This document shows, one piece after another, positions 44,970-54,177 of a stretch of DNA of 64,000 nucleotides (within the stretch, counting starts at the first letter, position 1; every line of letters starts with the position of its first letter). Source of the DNA: Microgenomates group bacterium (GTDB lineage Bacteria; Patescibacteriota; Microgenomatia; UBA1400; MFAQ01). Both the position numbers and the translations under genes were made by a program. A model generated the notes under the pieces. It had not been told where the DNA came from and did no database searches. It saw nothing but the letters and a program-made list of their open reading frames with translations. The stretch covers positions 11,264-75,263 of the forward strand of contig JBAQNH010000002.1 of the NCBI GenBank assembly GCA_049303575.1. Reading direction: 5' to 3'.

Positions 44970-45542
44970 TTATAAGGAAAAGGCAAGCAGAAGATAAATC
45001 ACACCCACGACCATTACAAATCCAAACTTCTCTTCCGGCTCCAAGGTCCTCTTTATCTGCCAAAACCAGAGATCCAGCCTCTCCTTATCTTTCACAAAAT
45101 CATAAACCAAATCAAAGACCAAATGTGTTCCAATCCCCAGCATAAATCCCCTCGCAAAAAGATTCAGTACACTGGTTGCCGTAAAAAAGGCCAGTACGAT
45201 CCACACCACCACAAACATCGCGCTTCTCATCACCAGTTCTTTTTGATCATAACGCTCGGCCAACAAAAGTCTCAATCCCTCAACAAAATTGCTTTGTCCA
45301 AACAACTCTCTGACTCGCAAATTCAAGGTCTCATTTGGCTTTGACAAAACACTGTAAACAAACCGGTCCAAAAATACGAACAAAAATCCAATCATCGCTC
45401 CTAAAAGCCACCACATTAGATTAATGTCAAATATAAATGTTTTATTTAAAACACTCCACAAAACCAACACGCCGAGCACCCCAAACAAACTTACCTGATG
45501 AAGCCACAATTTTCCTTTAAACATCCTAAGATAATCATACAC
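44970..45542 (-). CDS. Hypothetical integral membrane protein (190 aa, ~5 TM)
   Basis: ORF with multiple hydrophobic helices; no motif. Confidence 0.4.
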   Translation of the reverse strand: MYDYLRMFKGKLWLHQVSLFGVLGVLVLWSVLNKTFIFDINLMWWLLGAMIGFLFVFLDRFVYSVLSKPNETLNLRVRELFGQSNFVEGLRLLLAERYDQKELVMRSAMFVVVWIVLAFFTATSVLNLFARGFMLGIGTHLVFDLVYDFVKDKERLDLWFWQIKRTLEPEEKFGFVMVVGVIYLLLAFSL

Positions 45543-45550
45543 AATTCATT

Positions 45551-46804
45551 CTAGTCCTTCCATTCGGACATCTCGGCTTGCGGCAATCTCAGTTTTCGTG
45601 GCGTCGAAAACAACAATACGATAGCCACCACAACAGTCAACACTCCCATCGCTACAAAAGTCATCCTCTCTCCCACTCTACTGGAGATAAAACCGGCCGT
45701 TATCGGACCAATGATGTATGCCAAACTTGTCGTTGAACTGGATAAACCAACCATGTGTTTTCTCTCTGTCCCCATTCTCGCCAAGATATCGGAGTAAACC
45801 GCATCTACCATCGGCCAGGCAACCGACAAGGTTACTCCGGTTAAAAATGATAACAAAAGCATTGACCACAAACCATCCCTCAATCCCAATAATGTCAGAA
45901 ACACTCCTGCAAAAAGTAAAAATATCTCGGCGATTTTTTTCTTCCCCTTATAAACTCCCCATTTTGCCAAAATTACTCCCATGAATATCGGTGGCAACAT
46001 ATAGGCCGGTAAAAACAATCCCCCCAGCAAACCATCTCTGGCCATAATGTCGGACAGCACCGCTCCTGTCGTCCAGTAAGTCGCATCAATGAGCCCCATT
46101 GTTAAACTGATAAGCAGAACCGGCCAAACATGAACAAATAATACTTTCCAATAACCCAACTCCTCTCTAATATCAAACTTCTCCATTGGTTCAATTTCTT
46201 GCTCGTGCACCCTTTCCTTCTTACTGGTCAGGACCCAAATAACGTAACCCAGACAAACTACCGCCGCAGCTACCACCACCGTAGTCATATTTCCCCGACT
46301 AATAGCCAACCAGCTTCCCACAATCGGACCAATAAAATATGCCAAACTTTTAAAAACACTTAAAACTCCCCACACCCCGGATCTAGACTCCGCCGGTACG
46401 TTATCGGACACAAACTGTGCCGACCCAAACCAAAGAAGTTCATAATAAACTCCCCATACCGCCATTGCCAAAAGAAACAACACTAACCAAGGCCAAGTCG
46501 TCGTCCAAATTAATATTCCGGAAAAAATTAAGTTCGCCGCAATGGCCAACAAAATTAGTCTCCTTGCTTTAAATTTTCGCAGCAATTGAGGAAAGATTAA
46601 ATCGGTTACAAAACCTACAACCGAAGAAAACGAAAACACCAATCCCATAAACAAAGAGCCGCCCAAAGCCACCTGCAAGAACGAAGGCACCCAATCACTC
46701 AAAATAGCGTCCCCCAAGTACACAAAAAATAAAATCACCGACACTGTTAGCACCCTTGCCCACATGGAATCACGGAACAAACCAAATCCATATTTCTTTA
46801 TCAT
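45551..46804 (-). CDS. Major facilitator superfamily transporter (12 TM)
   Basis: 417 aa; two 6-TM halves, MFS-type loop motifs (..GDAILSDWVPSF.., ..RKFKARRLILLAIA..). Confidence 0.65.
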   Translation of the reverse strand: MIKKYGFGLFRDSMWARVLTVSVILFFVYLGDAILSDWVPSFLQVALGGSLFMGLVFSFSSVVGFVTDLIFPQLLRKFKARRLILLAIAANLIFSGILIWTTTWPWLVLFLLAMAVWGVYYELLWFGSAQFVSDNVPAESRSGVWGVLSVFKSLAYFIGPIVGSWLAISRGNMTTVVVAAAVVCLGYVIWVLTSKKERVHEQEIEPMEKFDIREELGYWKVLFVHVWPVLLISLTMGLIDATYWTTGAVLSDIMARDGLLGGLFLPAYMLPPIFMGVILAKWGVYKGKKKIAEIFLLFAGVFLTLLGLRDGLWSMLLLSFLTGVTLSVAWPMVDAVYSDILARMGTERKHMVGLSSSTTSLAYIIGPITAGFISSRVGERMTFVAMGVLTVVVAIVLLFSTPRKLRLPQAEMSEWKD

Positions 46805-46827
46805 TCACTTCCATCTTACCAAAGAGA

Positions 46828-47124
46828 CTACTTCTCCTCAGACTTATTTTCTTCTCTTAACTGTTTCAATTTCCACATAAACAGTCGACCTTTGCTCGTT
46901 GGATGATTCGCCCCTAATACAAACAATCTTGCTTGTTCAATTATTGGCCTGGGGGTATTTTTTGCCAACCTCATATAGATCGCCGTATGGGCAGTATCGT
47001 CAAGCTCCACCGCCAGTCGATACGCATAATCCTGAAACTCTCGGCTTATCCTCCGCTGTTTTGTTTCTTCCAAATCATACTTGTCGAGAATCGAAATCAT
47101 TGGTTTAAAGCCTATCTTGTCCAT
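46828..47124 (-). CDS. Hypothetical protein (98 aa)
   Basis: ORF upstream of pth on same strand; no motif. Confidence 0.3.
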   Translation of the reverse strand: MDKIGFKPMISILDKYDLEETKQRRISREFQDYAYRLAVELDDTAHTAIYMRLAKNTPRPIIEQARLFVLGANHPTSKGRLFMWKLKQLREENKSEEK

Positions 47125-47127
47125 TTC

Positions 47128-47661
47128 TTACAATTTGATATTCATTACTAGAGTTTCCTCTAGTTCTTTAATTGCCTCATCCATTACCTTGTCAAGTTCT
47201 TTTAGTTCTTCCTTACTCATCTTCGACAAAACATAATCGGCACCGGTTCCATAGCTTACTCCTGGTTGTCGGTTATCAACACCAATTCTCACTCTCAAAA
47301 AATCTTTTCTTCCTAAATACTGCTCCACTGACTTCAACCCGTTGTGTACTTTTGGACCCACTTCTTTCTGAACTTTGTACTCCCCAAAAGCGATATCCAG
47401 ATCATCATGGGCCACAATTACATTGTCGATCGACAGTTTATAAAAATCCATTATTTTTCGGACTGCTCTTCCTGAGTCGTTCATAAAGGTAAATGGTTTC
47501 GCCAAAATTAGTTCTCCCCTTTTCAACACCTCGGCCTCTTGTTTACGGTCTACTTCAAATTTATCCTTACCGGCCAACTTATCGATCAACAAAAATCCGG
47601 CGTTGTGTCGCGTTTTTTCGTAATTTTCACCAGGATTTCCTAGTCCAACAATTAAATACAT
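47128..47661 (-). CDS. pth: Peptidyl-tRNA hydrolase
   Basis: 177 aa; MYLIVGLGNPGENYEKTRHNAGF signature. Confidence 0.9.
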   Translation of the reverse strand: MYLIVGLGNPGENYEKTRHNAGFLLIDKLAGKDKFEVDRKQEAEVLKRGELILAKPFTFMNDSGRAVRKIMDFYKLSIDNVIVAHDDLDIAFGEYKVQKEVGPKVHNGLKSVEQYLGRKDFLRVRIGVDNRQPGVSYGTGADYVLSKMSKEELKELDKVMDEAIKELEETLVMNIKL

Positions 47662-47680
47662 ACTATAATTCTATCAGTCT

Positions 47681-48544
47681 ATGAATAAAGAACCATTTTT
47701 TTCCATTGTTATTCCTTGCCTAAATGAAGAAAAGTCCCTACCTCTTCTTCTCCAAGATTTAGTCAACCAAACTCTCCAAGACTTTGAGGTCATTGTCGTC
47801 GATGGAAACTCCAAAGACAAAACTGTCGAAAATGCCAACAAATTCAAAAAACTGCTTCCTTCTCTTTCCATTCTCCATAGCAAAATTAGAAATGTCTCCG
47901 TCCAAAGAAATATGGGTGGTGAAGCGGGCAAGGGCACCTATCTTCTCTTCAACGACGCCGACAATCGGCTTCCAAAACACTTCCTTGAGGGCGTTAAATA
48001 CCACATAGGTGTCAAACCAACCGACATGTTCACTACTTGGTGCTTACCTGACTCCAACCGGAGATCAGACAAGGCGATTGCCACCAATCTCAATCTTCTT
48101 ACGGAAACCGGTTTGCTTCTTGGCACTCCTGGGGCCCTTGGTGCCATGATCGGTTGCCGCCGCAAAATCTTTGGCAAAATTGGCGGTTTTAATCCGGAAG
48201 TCGCCTTCGCCGAAGACTCCGAGTTTATTAGACACGGATACCGCAAGGGTTACACCTTCTCCATTATTCGCGAGCCTCGTTATGTCTACTCTCTCAGGCG
48301 TTTTCGTAAAATAGGTACTCTCAAGCTTCTCCAAAAATACGCCGTTCTCAATCTAAAAATCATGACCAACCAAGAAGTCGATCAGAAGAAAGAATACCCC
48401 ATGGGTGGTGAGTATCTTGAAAAAGACGATAAAACAACGGCTTACTTCAAAAACCTTCAGTCGGTCTTCATTAAAAAGAATCCCAAAAAAAGTATTTTAG
48501 AAAAAATCAGAGCTCTTCTTAGTCTCGAAGAAAGCGACCTCTAA
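47681..48544 (+). CDS. Family 2 glycosyltransferase (GT-A fold)
   Basis: 287 aa; FSIVIPCLNEEKSLP..., DFEVIVVDGNSKDKT, ..LLFNDADNRL.. (DxD). Confidence 0.75.
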   Translation: MNKEPFFSIVIPCLNEEKSLPLLLQDLVNQTLQDFEVIVVDGNSKDKTVENANKFKKLLPSLSILHSKIRNVSVQRNMGGEAGKGTYLLFNDADNRLPKHFLEGVKYHIGVKPTDMFTTWCLPDSNRRSDKAIATNLNLLTETGLLLGTPGALGAMIGCRRKIFGKIGGFNPEVAFAEDSEFIRHGYRKGYTFSIIREPRYVYSLRRFRKIGTLKLLQKYAVLNLKIMTNQEVDQKKEYPMGGEYLEKDDKTTAYFKNLQSVFIKKNPKKSILEKIRALLSLEESDL

Positions 48545-48547
48545 AAA

Positions 48548-49483
48548 CTAGGCAAGGATAAGTTGCAATCCGATAAACATCAGGTAGACTCCAATCAAGA
48601 CTACTCCCTCCCATCTTTCCAGTTTATGTTTTGACTTGGTAAAAAGCCAAAACAATCCCAAGATAAATACCAAAAACATCCCTGACAATCCTCTCTGCAC
48701 CGATTCTTTGATAATAATCGGGGTAATGAGAGCCGCGATTCCCAAGATCACAGTCGAGTTCATCACCACGCTTCCCAGCAGATTTGGCAAAGCCAGACTG
48801 GCTTTATGTTTCTTACCCGAAAAGGAGAGTAGTAGCAACTCTGGCAAGGTCGTTCCAAAGGCAACCAGCAACAACCCCATCCAAAACCAGCTCACCCCCC
48901 AAACAGCCGCAATCGTAACGACAATCTGCACCAGCTGCCAAGAAGAAACTGCCATGATCACAAGACCAAGAATCAACATTATTGGTAGTCCCCAATTCTC
49001 AAAACCGGAAAGCTTTTTTCTTGATTGTTTAATCGTCACTTTTTCATTTGATAAGAAAAACACATAGACAAAATAGAGTGCCACCAACACTCCACCCTCA
49101 AGTTTAGAAATTGTCCCATCAAGTAGCATCAAAAACGGCATTAAAGCCAGGAGTATCGTTACCCACAAATCTTTTTTCAAGTACTCTCCAACTATCGGAA
49201 TGGCCACCGTAATCACCGCCAACCCTCCGATAATCAAGCTCAAATTAGCCATATTCGCGCCCACTACGGTTCCCAAAGCTATCTGTGGTTTTCCGTCCAG
49301 AGCCGCCGCGATACCTACAAACAACTCCGGTAGAGCCAACGAAAAACCAATCAATATCGCCGTAACTTTATTCTTTTTTATTGGAAGTCTAAAAACATAC
49401 CTTTCAAATATATCGACCACCACTCCGGAAGATAAAACAATCAAAACCAACAACATCAATCCTACAAGAATATTCAACACCAT
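48548..49483 (-). CDS. Ca2+/cation antiporter (CaCA family, YrbG-like Na+/Ca2+ exchanger)
   Basis: 311 aa; two internal repeats each with alpha-repeat motif (..GFSLALPELFVGIAAAL.., ..GTTLPELLLLSF..). Confidence 0.7.
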   Translation of the reverse strand: MVLNILVGLMLLVLIVLSSGVVVDIFERYVFRLPIKKNKVTAILIGFSLALPELFVGIAAALDGKPQIALGTVVGANMANLSLIIGGLAVITVAIPIVGEYLKKDLWVTILLALMPFLMLLDGTISKLEGGVLVALYFVYVFFLSNEKVTIKQSRKKLSGFENWGLPIMLILGLVIMAVSSWQLVQIVVTIAAVWGVSWFWMGLLLVAFGTTLPELLLLSFSGKKHKASLALPNLLGSVVMNSTVILGIAALITPIIIKESVQRGLSGMFLVFILGLFWLFTKSKHKLERWEGVVLIGVYLMFIGLQLILA

Positions 49484-49498
49484 AAATCATTTTAGCAT

Positions 49499-50140
49499 CT
49501 ATCCCTTTTTCTTCTTCCCATTCTTCACCGCTGTCAAAATGATTGGTACCACCGAAATCAAAACAATGATGATGACAACATAATGGAAATTTTCCTTTAC
49601 AAAAGGAATATTACCAAACCAAAATCCTCCTAAAAGAAACAGGCTAACCCAGGACAGGCCGCCAATGATGTTGTAGGAAATAAACCTGCCGTAATGCATC
49701 TCGGAAATTCCAGCTACAAAAGGAGCAAAGGTCCGAACAATTGGCACAAAACGAGCAAGAATTATCGCCTTGCCGCCATGTTTGGCGTAAAAAGCTTCAG
49801 CCTCTTCCAAATACTCTTTCTTAAAAAATTTACTTCCTTTTTCAAACACCCCTCTCCCTAGTTTATGTCCAATCCAGTAATTAACCGTGTCCCCCAAGAT
49901 TGCCGCGGCCGCCATCAAGATCCAAAGAAAAGCAATTTCAAACGATCCCATGGCCGCCAATGCCCCAGCCGCAAACAAAAGTGAATCTCCTGGTAAAAAT
50001 GGTGTCACCACTAAACCGGTCTCCATAAAAATCACCCCGAACAGCATGATGTAGGTCAAAGTTCCGTACTTGGCAATTATCAGCACCAAGTTTTTATCAA
50101 TGTGTAAAAAGAGATCGATGATGTATTTAATAAATTCCAT
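49499..50140 (-). CDS. DedA/SNARE-associated (TVP38) family membrane protein
   Basis: 213 aa; ..RFVPIVRTFAPFVAGISEMHYGRFISYNIIGGLSWV.. family signature. Confidence 0.7.
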   Translation of the reverse strand: MEFIKYIIDLFLHIDKNLVLIIAKYGTLTYIMLFGVIFMETGLVVTPFLPGDSLLFAAGALAAMGSFEIAFLWILMAAAAILGDTVNYWIGHKLGRGVFEKGSKFFKKEYLEEAEAFYAKHGGKAIILARFVPIVRTFAPFVAGISEMHYGRFISYNIIGGLSWVSLFLLGGFWFGNIPFVKENFHYVVIIIVLISVVPIILTAVKNGKKKKG

Positions 50141-50154
50141 TTCTAAATCATACC

Positions 50155-51870
50155 TTACAACTTAGAAAGTTTTGCAATCTCTTCTACTTCTTTCCACGTA
50201 GTCGCCTGGTCTGCTCCTCTATCTTCTCGGAATCTGACCAGCCTCGGAAAGCGAAGAGCAATACCCGCCGCGTGCACATTACTTTTGGTTATTTCGTCAG
50301 CCGCTACTTCTACCACCACTTTCGGCTCCACCCACACATCAGCCAAAAGTGTTCCTTCTACCTGAAAGTTTGTCGGTTTTTCTTTAAGTTCGTGTTCCTC
50401 CAAATTTGTCTTAAGATTCCTAAACTCTTCATCTGTCAAGCCGGTGCCAATCTTAGCTAAGCTCACCCAAGACTCTCCCTTTTTCAGACCAACCAAAAAT
50501 GCTCCAATTCCAAATCCGACTCTTTTACCTCTACCGAAATAATATCCCAAAACCACCAGATCCAAAGTATCGGACAGCTTTCCCGAGTTTCCTTCCACTT
50601 CTTTTATCTTTACCCAGTTCCATCCCTGTCTTCCGGGAAGATATTTTCCATTCCACATCTTAATTACAGCTCCTTCAAAACCCTCACTTAAATATTTTTC
50701 ATGCTGTCTCTTTACTTCTTCCGAATCACTGGTTCTTACAAACTCATCAACCACTATTACTTCATTAGGAATTATCGACTTGGCCAAAATTTCTCTTCTT
50801 TCAAAATATGGTTTGTTAAGCAAATCCACTCCATCTTTGCTCAAAATATCAAAAAGGAAAAATCTCATCGGTACACTCTCTGCTGCCCCGGCAATGTTGT
50901 GTTTTCTCTTTCTGGTCATAGTTACCTGAAAAGGCAAAACTTTTCCTGTTTTCCTTTCATATCCTGCCGCTTCACAATCCAAAATTACGCTATCTCCTTT
51001 AATCCACTTTCCTATTTCTAAAATCTCAGGAAACATCCAACTATTTTCCTCTAAGTTTCTTGTGTAAGTTTTTACTTCATTCTTTAATCTATTAAAGTGG
51101 ATTTGCAAACGTGTTCCGTCATATTTTCTCTCGACTGCCACATCATGCATTTTTTCAACAATCTCTCCATACTCATTCAACCTCTGGCATAAAACGGGAA
51201 CTACAGGAACTCCAACCTTCACCTTAATATCTTTAAGTCCTGCCATTCCCTTCTCTTTCACTACCGTTGTTATCAGGCCGGGATCTGGATAAATTTGAAA
51301 CACCGAATCTAGTTCTTTTCGCAAGGTTTTATTTCCACTCTGCATCTGTGAAAGAGCGTCAAAAATAGTTTTTGCCGAAAATCCAAGTCGTAGTTTTCCA
51401 ACCACCATTCTAGAAACATACTTTCTTTCTGTTGCACTTATTTCCAATAGAATTTCGGATAATTTATTTACTTTTCTTTCTTGACTTCCGAAACCACCAT
51501 CTTCCGCAATCAACAAAAGATAATCATAAATTTCGGTTAAGCTATGACTCTTTCTTTTCTCCCTCTCAAAAGGCATCTCTTCCAACAGTAAACCCAAATC
51601 ACCTTTTTGTTTGTACTCTTTGGTTACTTCTTCGATTGATTTTCCTGTTCCTTGTGCAATCGCTCTAATCACCATCTTCACCGCCATACCAAACTCCCTA
51701 TTCGCAAAATCCGGACCGAGCTGACCAAGAACCAAATAAATTCCTTTACTTGTTTCTGTTGGTTCCAGCTTTCCAATAAGTTCCGCCAGTACATCCGTGA
51801 TTAGGAGTCGTGACGAAATCTTTTCCAATTTCTGAAGATACTTAGCAAATTCAATAAACTGCATACTCAC
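50155..51870 (-). CDS. ATP-dependent DNA ligase (archaeal/eukaryal Lig-type with DNA-binding, adenylation and OB domains)
   Basis: 571 aa; adenylation motif I ..AVERKYDGTRLQIHF.. (KxDGxR), motifs III-V and C-terminal OB-fold recognisable. Confidence 0.75.
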   Translation of the reverse strand: MSMQFIEFAKYLQKLEKISSRLLITDVLAELIGKLEPTETSKGIYLVLGQLGPDFANREFGMAVKMVIRAIAQGTGKSIEEVTKEYKQKGDLGLLLEEMPFEREKRKSHSLTEIYDYLLLIAEDGGFGSQERKVNKLSEILLEISATERKYVSRMVVGKLRLGFSAKTIFDALSQMQSGNKTLRKELDSVFQIYPDPGLITTVVKEKGMAGLKDIKVKVGVPVVPVLCQRLNEYGEIVEKMHDVAVERKYDGTRLQIHFNRLKNEVKTYTRNLEENSWMFPEILEIGKWIKGDSVILDCEAAGYERKTGKVLPFQVTMTRKRKHNIAGAAESVPMRFFLFDILSKDGVDLLNKPYFERREILAKSIIPNEVIVVDEFVRTSDSEEVKRQHEKYLSEGFEGAVIKMWNGKYLPGRQGWNWVKIKEVEGNSGKLSDTLDLVVLGYYFGRGKRVGFGIGAFLVGLKKGESWVSLAKIGTGLTDEEFRNLKTNLEEHELKEKPTNFQVEGTLLADVWVEPKVVVEVAADEITKSNVHAAGIALRFPRLVRFREDRGADQATTWKEVEEIAKLSKL

Positions 51871-51879
51871 ATTGTAACT

Positions 51880-52980
51880 CTACTTAAATCCCTTTACCTT
51901 ACCTAATATATACACCGCCCCTTTAGTCTTACCCTTCTTTCTCAAAAGCTTTTTCAAAATTAGGTCTTTCAAGTCCCGCAAAATCGTATCATCAGAAACC
52001 ATCGGTAGAATTCCCCTAATTTCCTTAATTGTCATCTCCCCTTGAATCGTCATTTCTTCCATAATGGTTATTTGTCTCTCGGAAAGAGAAATTACTTTTC
52101 CTACCTCAGACTTAAATATTGGTCTATCTCCTACCAGGTTCATAATCTTTACCCTGGTTTTTTCAGCCGCATCAGAAAGCATCTTCGTCAAAAACTCCAA
52201 CCATCCAGTCAAGTCGTCACTCTCCACAGTAATTGAAAAAATCTCGGTTATTCTCGGTCTATTTTTCAGTAAATCTTCCTCTGGTGCCCACAACTCTTTC
52301 ATTCCATAACCCTCGCTTGCCATCACCAGTCCCAAAAAGAACATTGCTGATGTTAAATTATCTTCTTCAAACGGGCGAATTCTCATTATTTCAAACATCA
52401 TCACTCCCGCTTTAATTACTGGGTGAATTTCCACCTTTGAAGCACCTTTAAACCAAGAGTATAAATCTTCCATTTGGTACTTCACCTCTACCGAAGGTGG
52501 TGACTTCACTTCCGGATACTCCGAGCTTGTCTTTACCCGATACCCCCCAAGCACAGCAGAGTTTACAATTCGCTCTCCCAAAAGAGAATTCAGAGAAGTT
52601 AAGTCTTTCTCCCCAAAAATTTCCTGCTTAAATTTACTTGTAAGATATGCCGTCTGGCTTACCAAACGACTGGCATTCAGCCAGTTGATTGCCTTTTGGA
52701 CATCTTTCTCTTTGGCAACCACTCCTACTCTCAAGGCAACTTGAGCAGGTTTATCATCTCTTCCCGGATCATCTTTAATTATTTTTGCCACATCATTCGC
52801 ATCAAGCGAAAACCCCAAGTAGTGTAAAACACTGTATGCTCTTCTGGAAAGACACTCCAGTTTTAGTTTCACTTCCCAGTCAGCTTGCAGTGGCGCCAAC
52901 TCAGCCACCAAGGCCGCCTTTTCAAGCTCAATTAAGCTACTTAATATCTTGTTGGTAATTACGTAATGAGGACTAAACAC
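51880..52980 (-). CDS. Fic-fold protein with degenerate active-site motif and C-terminal winged-helix domain
   Basis: 366 aa; ..AGVMMFEIMRIRPFEEDNLTSAMFFLGLVM.. aligns to the Fic HPFx(D/E)GNGRxxR helix, but His, Gly, Gly and Arg are replaced. The C-terminal ..EIRGILPMVSDDTILRDLKDLILKKLLRKKG.. is wHTH-like. Confidence 0.4.
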   Translation of the reverse strand: MFSPHYVITNKILSSLIELEKAALVAELAPLQADWEVKLKLECLSRRAYSVLHYLGFSLDANDVAKIIKDDPGRDDKPAQVALRVGVVAKEKDVQKAINWLNASRLVSQTAYLTSKFKQEIFGEKDLTSLNSLLGERIVNSAVLGGYRVKTSSEYPEVKSPPSVEVKYQMEDLYSWFKGASKVEIHPVIKAGVMMFEIMRIRPFEEDNLTSAMFFLGLVMASEGYGMKELWAPEEDLLKNRPRITEIFSITVESDDLTGWLEFLTKMLSDAAEKTRVKIMNLVGDRPIFKSEVGKVISLSERQITIMEEMTIQGEMTIKEIRGILPMVSDDTILRDLKDLILKKLLRKKGKTKGAVYILGKVKGFK

Positions 52981-53009
52981 ACCATTATTATTGCATCATT
53001 TGCGGTAAA

Positions 53010-53933
53010 TCACAACTTACTCACCAACCAACCGTAGTACTCTGTCACCTCTTCCACCAAATCATCGGAATTAAACATAAAGCCTTTTCTTGTTGCCAAT
53101 TTTTCCGCCGCTCCCTTTACGAGAAATGAGGCCGCACAAACCGAAAACAACGGTTCATTCTTGGCCATCAGCCCTACCGTTAATCCGGCGATTACATCTC
53201 CCACACCACCCTTCACCAATCCTTTGTTACCCCCTTCTATCGACCATATTTCTTTCCCATCGCTAGCAACTGACACATCATCTTTAGTCAATATCACGAG
53301 CCCATACCTCTTTGCCAAATTAAAGACTTGCATACATCGGTCCTTAAACTCAGTTTTGAGTTTCTCTCCAAACAACATCTCAAACTCTTTTTCATTTGGT
53401 GTTACCACGGCTCCTTTTGGAATATCATCAATCTTAACAACCTGCAAAGTTCCCCCATCAACCACCCACTTCTTCTCAGGAAATTTGTTAAACAGTTCCA
53501 AACTCATTTTTCTTGTTTCGCCTCCTTCCTCATCACACACAAAACCCTGTTCTCCAACATGACTTCTCATTAGTCCGGGACCAATTAAGATTGCATCAGA
53601 CTTGGCAGCATACGCTGCAACGTCAGTCCTATCCACCCACACAAAACTTGAGAGAAAAGCTTTAATTTTTTCGACTATATTCTTATCTTCAATTGGGCTC
53701 GAAAAATAAGTCATACTCACCATCCTGGACGCCGCCCTCAAAGCTAATATTGGGGCTCCATGAAACAGTTTGCTCCCTCCAATTATGGTTATCTGACCGG
53801 CTGAGTATTTATCGCCAATGTTTTTAAAAGTCTCCGTCTCAATAAAATTTTGTTTCTCAAATTTCTTTACTTCCACAACTTTAGTATACAAGTGATAAAC
53901 TTCAGATATGAAAAGCATAAAGGAAAAACCCAA
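53010..53933 (-). CDS. nnrD: ADP-dependent NAD(P)H-hydrate dehydratase (Nnr/YjeF C-terminal domain family)
   Basis: 307 aa; ..GQITIIGGSKLFHGAPILA.., ..GGVGDVIAGLTVGLMAK.. typical YjeF-C carbohydrate-kinase-like fold. Confidence 0.7.
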   Translation of the reverse strand: MGFSFMLFISEVYHLYTKVVEVKKFEKQNFIETETFKNIGDKYSAGQITIIGGSKLFHGAPILALRAASRMVSMTYFSSPIEDKNIVEKIKAFLSSFVWVDRTDVAAYAAKSDAILIGPGLMRSHVGEQGFVCDEEGGETRKMSLELFNKFPEKKWVVDGGTLQVVKIDDIPKGAVVTPNEKEFEMLFGEKLKTEFKDRCMQVFNLAKRYGLVILTKDDVSVASDGKEIWSIEGGNKGLVKGGVGDVIAGLTVGLMAKNEPLFSVCAASFLVKGAAEKLATRKGFMFNSDDLVEEVTEYYGWLVSKL

Positions 53934-54177
53934 AAGTAGACTTTCTCAAGAAGTTGCCATCCAGACACTAACCCTTCTCTCCTCTGCTCTTGGCCTCGTC
54001 GCCGCCCTCGCCTGGAACGAAGCCATCACCGAATACATCACCATTTATATTAAACCTTATCTCGCCAAAGGCTCGGGGGTTATTTCTCTTTTCGTCTACG
54101 CTGTTCTCATCACTGTCATCACCGTCATTGTTGCCATGCAAATGGCCAAACTCAAAAAAAGGCTGGGGGTTACTTAA
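53908..54177 (+). CDS. Small two-TM membrane protein (89 aa)
   Basis: ORF between convergent/divergent minus-strand genes; two clear hydrophobic helices; ends overlap neighbours by <30 nt. Confidence 0.35.
   Translation: MKSIKEKPKSRLSQEVAIQTLTLLSSALGLVAALAWNEAITEYITIYIKPYLAKGSGVISLFVYAVLITVITVIVAMQMAKLKKRLGVT

Noticed and set aside
45678-45984. Small ORFs nested in the MFS transporter gene
   Set aside because: Internal or antisense to a 12-TM transporter ORF with consistent hydropathy periodicity; artefacts.
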